A DNA stretch of 54,926 nt, from contig JAQVCG010000005.1 of NCBI GenBank assembly GCA_028689875.1, positions 1-54,926 of the forward strand, written 5' to 3'. The DNA is from Candidatus Rifleibacteriota bacterium (GTDB taxonomy: Bacteria; Muiribacteriota; Ozemobacteria; Ozemobacterales; Ozemobacteraceae). Below, piece by piece: positions 17,229 through 26,056 of the stretch (position 1 is the first letter of the stretch; each line of letters opens with the position of its first letter). The notes under the pieces were generated by a model. That model searched no databases. It was not told the origin of the DNA and worked only from the letters and a program-made list of their open reading frames with translations. Both the position numbers and the translations under genes were made by a program.

Positions 17229-18170
17229 TTAATCAAGCCTCAAAGAGTTTAATGCTTTAACAAACGCTTCAGGCAAGTCTGCCTCAAAAACCATATTTTT
17301 ATCAGTAATTGGGTGATTGAAAGCCAATTTGTGACTGTGTAAAAAGTGTTCAGAAATTTTATCGGTTTTTCCGCCGCCATAAACGGTATCAGCAATAAGC
17401 GGATGCCCTGTAAAAGCCATATGAACCCTTATTTGATGAGTTCTGCCGGTTAAAATGCGCACTTTCACCAATGAAGCACCTTTAAGGTATTCTTCAACTT
17501 CAAATATGCTTATAGCCATTCTACCTTCTTCAGAAGAAGTCGCTTTCATGCGCTTTCTATGAATCTTGTCTCTTTCAATGGCAACTTCTATTCGTCCCTT
17601 TTTGTTTACTATGTGTCCCTGAATTAGGGCTAAATACTCTTTCTCAATTTTGTGTTCTGAAAAAGCTTCTGACAAGCCTTTGTGGGCTTCTCGGGTTTTT
17701 GCCAATACCATAATGCCGCTAGTTTCTTTGTCCAGACGGTGCACAATCCCGGGTCTTGTTGGAGCGCCTATCGGGCTAAGCACGGTGTGACCCAATATCG
17801 CAGAAACCACAGTTTCTTTTTCTTTCCCCGCTCCGGGATGAACTACTAATCCGGAGGGTTTATTGATAACAATTATATGCTCGTCTTCGTATATTATCGG
17901 AAAATCTAACTTTGTCGGCACTATATCAGTTTCGAAATCTTCGATTCTGTGCTCAATTAAAACGGTTTCACCGCCTTTAAGTTTTAATCCCGGCTTCACA
18001 ATTTTACCGTTTACTTTTATTTCGCCCTTTTTAACCATGTCTTGAACAGTGTTTCTTGAGAGCTCTTCGTATTGATCACAAACAACCTGATCAATGCGCA
18101 TTCCAACAAATTCCTCATCTATCATAAAGCTTTCGCTCTGGTCCATATTTTGCTCCATTAGTATTTCCAT
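17229..18170 (-). CDS. rluD: RluA-family 23S rRNA pseudouridine synthase (RluD-like)
   Basis: An N-terminal S4-like region (GMRIDQVV...VNGKIVKPGLKLKGGETV) precedes the catalytic HRLDKETSGIMVLAK and THQIRVHMAF. Confidence 0.9.
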   Translation of the reverse strand: MEILMEQNMDQSESFMIDEEFVGMRIDQVVCDQYEELSRNTVQDMVKKGEIKVNGKIVKPGLKLKGGETVLIEHRIEDFETDIVPTKLDFPIIYEDEHIIVINKPSGLVVHPGAGKEKETVVSAILGHTVLSPIGAPTRPGIVHRLDKETSGIMVLAKTREAHKGLSEAFSEHKIEKEYLALIQGHIVNKKGRIEVAIERDKIHRKRMKATSSEEGRMAISIFEVEEYLKGASLVKVRILTGRTHQIRVHMAFTGHPLIADTVYGGGKTDKISEHFLHSHKLAFNHPITDKNMVFEADLPEAFVKALNSLRLD

Positions 18171-21100
18171 TCAAATTCAATTGAAGTATTTCTGTTATTT
18201 AAACCCTTATCAAAAAATCTGCTCTGAATAGAGGTTTTAATTGAAAAGTCTTTTGCTGTTTCTGCGACAAAAGAAAGAGAGGCGTCTAAGCAGTCTTTTT
18301 GCGAACGTTTCCAAGAGTCTGCCAAAGAGGCGCTTAAAACTTTGTAATTTGTCGTCGAGCTTCTTTCTTTGAAATCGTGGTTCCAAATCGCAGAAAAATC
18401 TGTTTTTATTTTTGTGTCATTCTTTTTATTCATTCGTTCTCGGGAAAGTGCGAACCCGACCTTGGTCACCACTGCCTCATATGTGCCTTCGCCGATTCTT
18501 AGTGCCAAACCATCACCGTTTGAACACTCTTCTTGAACACTCGGTCGTGTATTCATCGAATAGTTTAACGCCATAATTGGCATCAGACAGGTTTTTCCAT
18601 TTTGATTTTTCCAACCCAATCCTAATTCTCCCATAGAATTCTTTTCTGTCCAAGAGGCTTTGTTGTTCCTGTCTAAACCCATTATAGAGGCAAAACGCTC
18701 GGTGTCTGTCTTATCAAGCCCAAACCTTGTTTGCGCAAATACAAACATTCCGTTTTCATTCGTATCTTTAATTCCGTGAAAACCGGCGAATTTACCCTCT
18801 GTTTTACCTGTCATAGGTGCCCATGAGCTTATTGTTGTTTCATCTTTGAAAAAGCCCATATGAAAGCCTGTATTCCAAGAGCCATTTCTGACCTCAGTTC
18901 CTACAATTATCCCGTCTGTATCACTTCTAAAACCATCGTTGCTATTTGTTGAGTTTCTTTTAATTTTTAACTTAAATGGTGTGGCAAAATCGCCAAACTC
19001 TGTTTTTGCTGTTCCTTCATCAAATAATAGTTTTTCTGTGATAATGTTTGTGAGCATATTATTTCTGTCTCTTGATGCCAATAACAAACTGCCAAACGGT
19101 CTCCCGCTTACTTGTTTTGCAAGGCTGTCAATGCTTAAGGGTGAAACAAGCGAGTCTAATGCTGCAATTATCGGCTTTGCGTCATCTGTAACGTTTATTG
19201 CTGCTTTATCAAGAGCTTCACCGAGTTTTTTCCCTTCTTCTGTTGTTGCCATACCTTTGTATGCGCCGGCAACTCGGGCTACGATAAATGTTAATTCAGT
19301 ATTGCTTATTTGACTGCCCACAGACAATGTGTAGTTATTGCTTATGGCACCCGAAGGCAGATTGCCTACTAAAGTCAAAGTCGGTGCAAAAGTAGTTCCT
19401 GCTGCTGCCTGTATAAAATCTGAAATTCTGATTACCGCTGTCCCAGAGGGCATATAACCGCCGGTTGGCGTAATTGTAACCGTTCCGGCAATTTCGGCTT
19501 TTCCGGTCACTTCAATTCTATCTCCTGTTTTATCGGCACTAACTTCCAGTTCTAGTTTGCCTGTGCTTGCTTGAACAAAATCTCCGTTTATTGTTATTTT
19601 ACCCACACTGTTGCCGGGAATAACTTTTCCTGCATTTGAGAGCTTACCCTCAATATTGAGGTTCCCTTGCAACTCTGCGGGCGCTGCAACTGAAACATTG
19701 CCATACAGTGTGCCGTTTTCTATCCAAAGTTTGCCATCGTTGACATCAGTTCCGCCGGTATAGTCTGTTGCTCCAGTGAGTTTAAGCAAAGCATTGCCTG
19801 CTTTTATCACTTTGCCTTCACCATAGATTGTGCCAGCATAAACCGAGTCAGTGGTAATATTAGCAGTCATATTTGACAAAGTTTTTCTTTCCGGATTAAA
19901 AGGATCTGATTCGTAAGGCTCATCAGCCTTACCCAAGTATATTTTAGAATTTGAATTATTGCTTGAAAGCGAAGAAACGGTAAAGTCTTTTCCCTCTGCT
20001 GCATCAGTTTCTTTGTTTAAGGTTCTCATTACTGCTTGGGCATCATCTTCAGAAAGGTCTTTCCAGATATTTGTGTCAGGTAAATGCAAAAATGAGCAGC
20101 CTTCTTCAACGCTAAAAATTCCAAAATTCGGATTTTCTTGAGTCCCTGAAATTGATATAGATGATTGAACATTGCCGTCTTTGTCGGTTACTTTTGTAAT
20201 AACTGTATATTTTTCGCCTGCAGTTAATAAAACATACGAATCAAGAGGAACAGTGCGATGCCCGCTCCACTTTGCGAGTCCATTGGCTCCAAAGGTTCCT
20301 GACTGCACAAAAACAGTTTCGCCTTCGTCGGGATTAGTTGAATTTTTCAGTATTTTAATCTCATAACTTGAATCATCTTCGTTTACATGAAAGCCGACAG
20401 CCTTTAAGAATTGTGATTTTTTGGCAATATAAGATGCTGCCATTCCTTTTGCGTCTGCTGAGGCAAATTCAGAACAATAGTTTTTAATTAAATAATTATG
20501 TTGATCTAATATAGGGTATTTTTGAGGGTCTGACTCTATTACATGACCAACTCCGCTCTCAATTGCTTGGTCTTCATATGAAACGTAACAGTAACCATCT
20601 TCACCCCAATCGGATGACCATGAATTTCTAATTATCCAGGCACCCGGTCCGGCAGGAGCATCAGCTCCCGTTAAGGTTTGAAAAATATAATCATCATCCC
20701 AGCCTACTAATAATACAGCATGGTTTGTTACTTCGTCTTCTTTAAGACAAAATTCGTAACTGTCTTGACCGTCCCACGAATCATCTGCATAGACTGCAAC
20801 TGACAATGCTCCCGTTTCAAGTAATATCTGCTTAATTCTATCTTTTTGGTCCCCTTGTATGTGAGTAAATTCTGATGAAGTAAGATCGCTGTTATAGGAA
20901 TCGGTAACTGTAACCGCTTCCGGTATTCTTTCAGTAATTCCCTCCATCCCGGCCCCAAGGGAATATGGTGCTTTACTCTCATTTACCGGTCCGAATCCTT
21001 TATGTAAAAAAGCCGATGCATAATCATCAAAGCCTCCGCTATTATAAACTTCATTTGGGACAATGGAAGCATATTCTGTTCCCATGTTTAAATACGGTTT

Positions 21101-21412
21101 AGTTGAATTTGTTTCTGAAAGAGGGTTTGCGAAAGCCATCCAAGCGAGATATCTTTCAGAATAATCAGGTTCTGTAAAATTAAGAGAGCTGTTTAATGCT
21201 TTTGCTTTATAGGCTTGTAATAAGAAGTTTGTTTCGCAGGCGGCAATATTTGAAAAAGCCCAACATGTGCCATATTGTGACTGGTTTTTAACAGGGGTAA
21301 TAATACTTAAATTTCGTGCATCATGACTAGTCGGTAAGGTTTGCGAAAGCAGGGGATGTAATAAAAAGACTAAAGATAAAGTCAGAACAAGCTTAGAAAT
21401 ATATTTTTTCAT
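18158..21412 (-). CDS. Autotransporter (type Va) with papain-like C1 cysteine peptidase passenger
   Basis: The ORF has a signal peptide (MKKYISKLVLTLSLVFLLHPLLSQT). The C1 triad motifs QSQYGTCWAFS, NHAVLLVGWDDD and IRNSWSSDWGEDGY are present. Gly/Thr/Asn-rich passenger beta-repeats follow (GKLWIENGTLYGNVSV, GDRIEVTGKAEIAGTVTITP). The C-terminal ~280 aa are beta-barrel-like and end in IEFEWKY. Confidence 0.8.
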   Translation of the reverse strand: MKKYISKLVLTLSLVFLLHPLLSQTLPTSHDARNLSIITPVKNQSQYGTCWAFSNIAACETNFLLQAYKAKALNSSLNFTEPDYSERYLAWMAFANPLSETNSTKPYLNMGTEYASIVPNEVYNSGGFDDYASAFLHKGFGPVNESKAPYSLGAGMEGITERIPEAVTVTDSYNSDLTSSEFTHIQGDQKDRIKQILLETGALSVAVYADDSWDGQDSYEFCLKEDEVTNHAVLLVGWDDDYIFQTLTGADAPAGPGAWIIRNSWSSDWGEDGYCYVSYEDQAIESGVGHVIESDPQKYPILDQHNYLIKNYCSEFASADAKGMAASYIAKKSQFLKAVGFHVNEDDSSYEIKILKNSTNPDEGETVFVQSGTFGANGLAKWSGHRTVPLDSYVLLTAGEKYTVITKVTDKDGNVQSSISISGTQENPNFGIFSVEEGCSFLHLPDTNIWKDLSEDDAQAVMRTLNKETDAAEGKDFTVSSLSSNNSNSKIYLGKADEPYESDPFNPERKTLSNMTANITTDSVYAGTIYGEGKVIKAGNALLKLTGATDYTGGTDVNDGKLWIENGTLYGNVSVAAPAELQGNLNIEGKLSNAGKVIPGNSVGKITINGDFVQASTGKLELEVSADKTGDRIEVTGKAEIAGTVTITPTGGYMPSGTAVIRISDFIQAAAGTTFAPTLTLVGNLPSGAISNNYTLSVGSQISNTELTFIVARVAGAYKGMATTEEGKKLGEALDKAAINVTDDAKPIIAALDSLVSPLSIDSLAKQVSGRPFGSLLLASRDRNNMLTNIITEKLLFDEGTAKTEFGDFATPFKLKIKRNSTNSNDGFRSDTDGIIVGTEVRNGSWNTGFHMGFFKDETTISSWAPMTGKTEGKFAGFHGIKDTNENGMFVFAQTRFGLDKTDTERFASIMGLDRNNKASWTEKNSMGELGLGWKNQNGKTCLMPIMALNYSMNTRPSVQEECSNGDGLALRIGEGTYEAVVTKVGFALSRERMNKKNDTKIKTDFSAIWNHDFKERSSTTNYKVLSASLADSWKRSQKDCLDASLSFVAETAKDFSIKTSIQSRFFDKGLNNRNTSIEFEWKY

Positions 21413-21451
21413 TTGTGTCTTCTTTTAAATCAAAGTATTAACACGCATTTT

Positions 21452-22189
21452 TCAGCGGTTTTCAGTAAGCTTTTTGCACGCAAATAAAAGAATGACAGCA
21501 AATATGCAAATTGCCGCAATTACCTGAGATGGCGAAAGATACATGGATGTATAAAAACCGCCTCGGGAGTCGTTCCTTAAGTATTCAATTGCAAAACGCA
21601 TTACCGAATACACAGCAGTATACATCAAAGCAAGATTTCCGTCACTTTTTTTATGTACAACTCTATTAGATTTAAGCAGCATATAGAAAATTGCACAGAG
21701 GGTAAAAAGTGCAATTGCTTCGTATAATTGTGTGGGATGTCTGTAAAAGCTTTCGTGATGTAATTTAAAAATTTTTATAAAATCAGTTTGGCTTCCGTAA
21801 CAACAACCGCTAATAAAACAGCCTATTCTACCAATTCCGTGTCCTAGGGCTAACGATGGAACTAAATTGTCCGCAAGGTAACTGAAATTAAGTTGCTTAA
21901 ATTTGCAAAAAATAACTAGACTCGCTAAGCAGCCTATAAATCCACCGTAAAAAACAAGCCCGCCCTCATGAATAGCGAAATAATCTCTAAGTCCATTAAA
22001 ATATTGTGGAAAAAGCAAAATATATGTAATTCTTGCTCCTATTATGCCTGAAATTGACGTTATAAGAAGTATGTCTAATACTTTGGGCAAAGGTTTATTT
22101 GAGTTTTTAATGCTTAGAGAATATAAGGCGCCGCCGGCCAAAAAAGCTAATGCCATCAATATTCCATAGGCCAGGTTAGAACAGTTCAT
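21452..22189 (-). CDS. lgt: Prolipoprotein diacylglyceryl transferase, paralog A
   Basis: GARITYILLF, HEGGLVFYGGFIG, GHGIGRIGCFISGCCYG and HPTQLYEA are Lgt-family motifs. Confidence 0.88.
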   Translation of the reverse strand: MNCSNLAYGILMALAFLAGGALYSLSIKNSNKPLPKVLDILLITSISGIIGARITYILLFPQYFNGLRDYFAIHEGGLVFYGGFIGCLASLVIFCKFKQLNFSYLADNLVPSLALGHGIGRIGCFISGCCYGSQTDFIKIFKLHHESFYRHPTQLYEAIALFTLCAIFYMLLKSNRVVHKKSDGNLALMYTAVYSVMRFAIEYLRNDSRGGFYTSMYLSPSQVIAAICIFAVILLFACKKLTENR

Positions 22190-22962
22190 TTCATTGAAAT
22201 AATATTAGTTTCAGGTATAATTCTTAGATCCGGTATTTTCTTTATAAATTTGAAAGTTAACATAAAAGCAAAAATAGCGATGATGCTAATAATTTGCGAC
22301 AAGGTTAATCCCATAAATACTATAGGGTTTTCGGCACGTAAAAATTCTATGAAAAATCGCAAAAAGGCGTATGACCCGAGCATGAGCATAAATACTTCCC
22401 CGTAGTTTTGTCGATGTTTGCGATAAATTTGAACAATTACAAAAATTAAAAGTGCCGCCAATGACTCATACAGTTGAGTGGCGTGGTAAAAGCCGGGTCC
22501 GGCATGTCTAAAGTGAAAACCAATTGAACTGCTGCATTGTATTCCATAGCAACAACCATTTAAAAAACATCCGATTCGCGCAATCATTATTCCAAGAGGC
22601 AGACCAAATCCGATACAGTCCATGATTCGCCAAAAAGGAATTCTGCGAAATTTGAGATAAAGCAAATTAAAAATAAAACTGCTAATTACCGAACCATAAA
22701 AGGTTAAGCCGCCCTGTTCGAAACTTAGAAAATTTGTAATTGATAACTTTTCGGGTGTGTATTCAATCATAAACAAAAGTCTTGAACCGGCAACCCCTAT
22801 AGGTAGCTGAAGCAAGAGCATGTCAAAAATTGCTTCAGCATTAAGTTTTTCTTTCTTAACTTCATAAATTGTAATCAGCATGCCAACAGCATAACCAATA
22901 GCAACAAATAGCCCGTATGAATAGATGTTAAAATATGGTGTTGAAAGAAGGATAGGATACAT
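22186..22962 (-). CDS. lgt: Prolipoprotein diacylglyceryl transferase, paralog B
   Basis: GSRLLFMIEY, EQGGLTFYGSVI, ARIGCFLNGCCYG and HATQLYES are Lgt-family motifs. It overlaps paralog A by 4 nt (ATGA) and lspA by 1 nt (TAATG). Confidence 0.85.
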   Translation of the reverse strand: MYPILLSTPYFNIYSYGLFVAIGYAVGMLITIYEVKKEKLNAEAIFDMLLLQLPIGVAGSRLLFMIEYTPEKLSITNFLSFEQGGLTFYGSVISSFIFNLLYLKFRRIPFWRIMDCIGFGLPLGIMIARIGCFLNGCCYGIQCSSSIGFHFRHAGPGFYHATQLYESLAALLIFVIVQIYRKHRQNYGEVFMLMLGSYAFLRFFIEFLRAENPIVFMGLTLSQIISIIAIFAFMLTFKFIKKIPDLRIIPETNIISMK

Positions 22963-23576
22963 TAGGCAATAGCAGGGGCGATGTCATCATCGTTATCTAT
23001 TGAATTCACTTTTTCCTCATCTTCTTCGGGACTTAAGAAGAAAATATCAACAAACAATATAAATACGCCTATGTCTATTGTTATGTCTGCGATATTAAAC
23101 ACCGGAAAATCAAATGAACCGAAGTGGAACAAGAAGAAATCTACCACGAAACCATACATTACGCGATCATATAGGTTTCCGATGGCACCGCCTACGAGCA
23201 AAGCTAATGCCCAACGAGTTATGCGTTCTTCTTCAGGAAGTTTTAAACTATAATAGGTGATTATGATTATCATGGTAAGTGCCATAATAATCGGTGGAAG
23301 TCTCCAGTCAGGGAACCATCCGAATGCAACACCCGGGTTTTTCACGTAAGTTAAAGTAAAGATCTTATCAATTATCGTAACGGGCAAATTATGTGAATTA
23401 TTAACAATCAACATTTTGGTAAAACGGTCTAAAAAGAAGAAAATAAATGTGTACAACATAACCGATGGTGATCGCAGATGATACCAGATGTTTTTTACCA
23501 AGAATGCAGGATAAACACTGAGTGTGTAACCGACTGTTTTAATTAGGGCTTTAAACCAGGTCTTAATTTTTTTCAT
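22962..23576 (-). CDS. lspA: Lipoprotein signal peptidase II
   Basis: NPGVAFGW, GGAIGNLYDR, GFVVDF and FPVFNIADITIDIG are signal peptidase II motifs. The start is given at the ATG (MKKIKTWF); the ORF-track frame extends to a TTG at 23618. The N-terminus is long and the C-terminal tail is acidic. Confidence 0.88.
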   Translation of the reverse strand: MKKIKTWFKALIKTVGYTLSVYPAFLVKNIWYHLRSPSVMLYTFIFFFLDRFTKMLIVNNSHNLPVTIIDKIFTLTYVKNPGVAFGWFPDWRLPPIIMALTMIIIITYYSLKLPEEERITRWALALLVGGAIGNLYDRVMYGFVVDFFLFHFGSFDFPVFNIADITIDIGVFILFVDIFFLSPEEDEEKVNSIDNDDDIAPAIA

Positions 23577-23776
23577 GCTTATGCTTTTTTCCCGAATTTT
23601 GAAATGTAAATTCTTCAACCTGTTCGGCAGGTGTTTAATATTTTTGAATGAAAAATTAAATATTTTTTTTATTTTATTTTGTTCTCTGAGAAAAATTACT
23701 AACAGACTTATAAATAAATGCCGATAATTTCATTGAATTGTGTGTATAAGCACAAATCCGGAGGTTAAACATAATT

Positions 23777-24817
23777 ATGAAGACAAATAAAAGAATTCGC
23801 GGGCATCAGTGGCTGTTTTTAGCTGTCGCTTTTGCTGTCGCACTTATCAGCGTGGGGTGCACTTCCAGTGGCGTTTCTTCTGGTGGAAACACAAATCCAC
23901 TAGGAGCATACCAGCCTATAACGCAAACCGGTACCGGCACAGATACGGGAGTTATTGATGGAACTGTTACAAGTCCCGGCGCAATTACTTCACCTATTGT
24001 GACTGTTCCTGACAACGGTTCAAGTGTTGGCGGCCACTCTAATGCTCCTTTACTGGATAATTATCATCCAGGTTGGCAGCAGTCTTCATGTTTAAGTTGT
24101 CATTCCGAAACAAGTAAAAATCCGGATCACAGCTATGCAGATGACAGTCTTTGCTATCTTTGCCATGGCACAAACGGACTGCCCGGGTTTGGCGACACTA
24201 CTCCTCCTATTATAAGCGGAGTTGCAGTTGCACCTCTAGAGAATTCTGTTAACGCACAATGGAAAACAGATGAAGATTGTGTTTCTAGATTTATATTAAG
24301 AACAGCTCTCGGAGATCGAATGGAGTTTCCTGTAAGCACAACATATAAAAACTCGCATTCTTTTTCTGTTTCAGGGCTACAGGCAGATACAACATATTAT
24401 TATGAAATAATATGTGTTGATAAGAGCAATAATAGTGCAAGCACCTCTTCATTTGGGAATATGTCATTTAAGACTCTGCCTGCTTCAGATATTATTCCTC
24501 CTACAACTGATCCCGGAACCGGAACTGAAACCGATACCACTTCATTTTTCAATAACGTAAGTATTAAATCTGGTGGAGCTTTCAGAATTGACGTTAAATT
24601 CGATGTTTCAGAAGCCAGCACTTGCACGATTTACTTTGTAAGAAAAGCAAATGGAACCCTTGCAGATAGTGAAAATGTTTATGTGGGTGCGAATTACGAC
24701 GGTTTTATAACAGGTTTTGCAGCTAATACAGAGTATGTGGTTTATGTTGAAGCTAAAACTTCTGGTGGCCAGGAATATTCTACAAAAAAATACACTGTTA
24801 AAACAGACAAATATTGA
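23777..24817 (+). CDS. Probable lipoprotein with two CxxCH haem-c motifs followed by FN3-like domains
   Basis: The signal peptide ends in a lipobox-like LISVGC. CLSCH lies at 24089-24103 and CYLCH at 24152-24166. A domain resembling the purple-acid-phosphatase N-terminal/FN3 fold follows (SVNAQWKTDEDCVSRF...LQADTTYYYEIICVD), and then a second beta-sandwich-like region. Confidence 0.7.
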   Translation: MKTNKRIRGHQWLFLAVAFAVALISVGCTSSGVSSGGNTNPLGAYQPITQTGTGTDTGVIDGTVTSPGAITSPIVTVPDNGSSVGGHSNAPLLDNYHPGWQQSSCLSCHSETSKNPDHSYADDSLCYLCHGTNGLPGFGDTTPPIISGVAVAPLENSVNAQWKTDEDCVSRFILRTALGDRMEFPVSTTYKNSHSFSVSGLQADTTYYYEIICVDKSNNSASTSSFGNMSFKTLPASDIIPPTTDPGTGTETDTTSFFNNVSIKSGGAFRIDVKFDVSEASTCTIYFVRKANGTLADSENVYVGANYDGFITGFAANTEYVVYVEAKTSGGQEYSTKKYTVKTDKY

Positions 24818-24838
24818 TAAACTAGTTTAACCTCTTAT

Positions 24839-24871
24839 AAAGCGGGACTGCAATTGCAGTTCCGCTTTTTT
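24839..24871 (+). terminator. Rho-independent terminator
   Basis: AAAGCGGGACTGC-AATT-GCAGTTCCGCTTT forms a 13-bp stem running into a T-tract. It begins 22 nt after the stop of the di-haem lipoprotein gene. Confidence 0.85.
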
Positions 24872-24975
24872 ATTCGAAAAATAAAAAAAAGTAAAATATT
24901 GTTAAAGAATGTACAACACTTGTCGATAGGTTTTTCGGTAGTTGTATCCAAATTGAACAACAAGGAGGTTCTCTC

Positions 24976-25209
24976 GTGATACTTCCAAATACACCGCTTT
25001 ACCAAGCAAAAACAGACGCAGAGTTTCGGATTAGAATGATTCAGCATATAAAAACCGTTTACAGAGATGTACTCGGAAGCGATATCAAGTTGCTGGACCT
25101 TCCAAATGGTCTTGAAATTGTGCAGGCACGTATTCAACAGCGATTGTATGATATGAGTGAAGGAAAAATCAATCTTCTTCCTGATACAGACAATCAAGTT
25201 GCAGCTTAA
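24976..25209 (+). CDS. Hypothetical small protein (77 aa)
   Basis: The GTG start is preceded by AAGGAGG with a 7-nt spacer. The ORF is bracketed by clear terminators on both sides. I recognised no family. Confidence 0.6.
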   Translation: MILPNTPLYQAKTDAEFRIRMIQHIKTVYRDVLGSDIKLLDLPNGLEIVQARIQQRLYDMSEGKINLLPDTDNQVAA

Positions 25210-25234
25210 TGCAATAAAAGCTTATGAACGGGCC

Positions 25235-25280
25235 AAAAAAAACGGCCCCGGGCGATTAATCGGCCGGGCCGATTTTTTTT
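25235..25280. terminator. Bidirectional intrinsic terminator
   Basis: A GC-rich hairpin (CGGCCCCGGGCGAT / ATCGGCCGGGCCG) is flanked by A8 upstream and T8 downstream. It lies between the convergent 77-aa gene and dapB. Confidence 0.8.
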
Positions 25281-25289
25281 GTCTGAATA

Positions 25290-26045
25290 TTATAGTTTTA
25301 GCCCTATTTCAAGGCCTTTGGTAGTTTTTATTTGTTCAAGGGCCAGACTGATTCCCGGCATGAATGAGTCTCTGCTTAGTGAGTCATGTCTGATTGTTAA
25401 GGTTTGCCCTACATCTCCGAAAATTACTTCTTGGTGTGCTACCAGTCCGGGTAATCTTACTGAGTGAATCGGTACAAGATTTGTGTCAGATTCTTTGTCT
25501 ATCAGATTTTGTGTCTCTAATATACCATGCCTTGTTTTTATGGCTGTTCCTGAAGGCTTGTCGATTTTCTGGTTGTGATGCAACTCAATTATTTCAACAT
25601 TATTAATGTATTGGGCAGCTTTCTTTGCAAACTCTGCCATTAATACTGCCCCTATTGCAAAATTAGGAACAATTAAGACCGGGGTTTCAGTGTTTTTCGA
25701 TAGCAGTTCGAGCATTTTTTGGCTATCTGAATTAATGCCGGTTGTTCCGATTATTACGGGAACCTTGTTTTGCAAGCACACAGAAGCGTTTGTAACAACA
25801 GTTCCGGGCGTTGTAAAGTCAATGGCAACATCTATATTTTTTTCAGATAAAGTTTTTTGCAAGTTATCAGAAATCAAAATATTAGTTGCTCCCAGTCCCA
25901 GCATTAGTCCGAGGTCTTCATTTACTCTGGAAACATCTACGCCCGCTACGGGTCTGTAGTCAGTATGTGAAAAAAGGTAACGGCAAACAGTCTGTCCCAT
26001 TTTTCCGCAACAGCCTATGATAAGCACGTTTCTTTTTTGCGACAT
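25290..26045 (-). CDS. dapB: 4-hydroxy-tetrahydrodipicolinate reductase
   Basis: An N-terminal GCCGKMG Rossmann motif and ELHHNQKIDKPSGTA (the DapB signature E.HH..K.D.PSGTA) are present. Confidence 0.9.
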   Translation of the reverse strand: MSQKRNVLIIGCCGKMGQTVCRYLFSHTDYRPVAGVDVSRVNEDLGLMLGLGATNILISDNLQKTLSEKNIDVAIDFTTPGTVVTNASVCLQNKVPVIIGTTGINSDSQKMLELLSKNTETPVLIVPNFAIGAVLMAEFAKKAAQYINNVEIIELHHNQKIDKPSGTAIKTRHGILETQNLIDKESDTNLVPIHSVRLPGLVAHQEVIFGDVGQTLTIRHDSLSRDSFMPGISLALEQIKTTKGLEIGLKL

Positions 26046-26056
26046 CAGTTATCTCC

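Noticed and set aside
24835-25197. A 120-aa - strand ORF covering the 77-aa gene region.
   Set aside because: It runs through the + strand terminator hairpin and has no Shine-Dalgarno and an implausible composition. The + strand 77-aa frame has AAGGAGG-N7-GTG.
25279-25959. Several + strand ORFs (62-117 aa) opposite dapB.
   Set aside because: The - strand frame carries the DapB signature, and the + strand frames are antisense artefacts.
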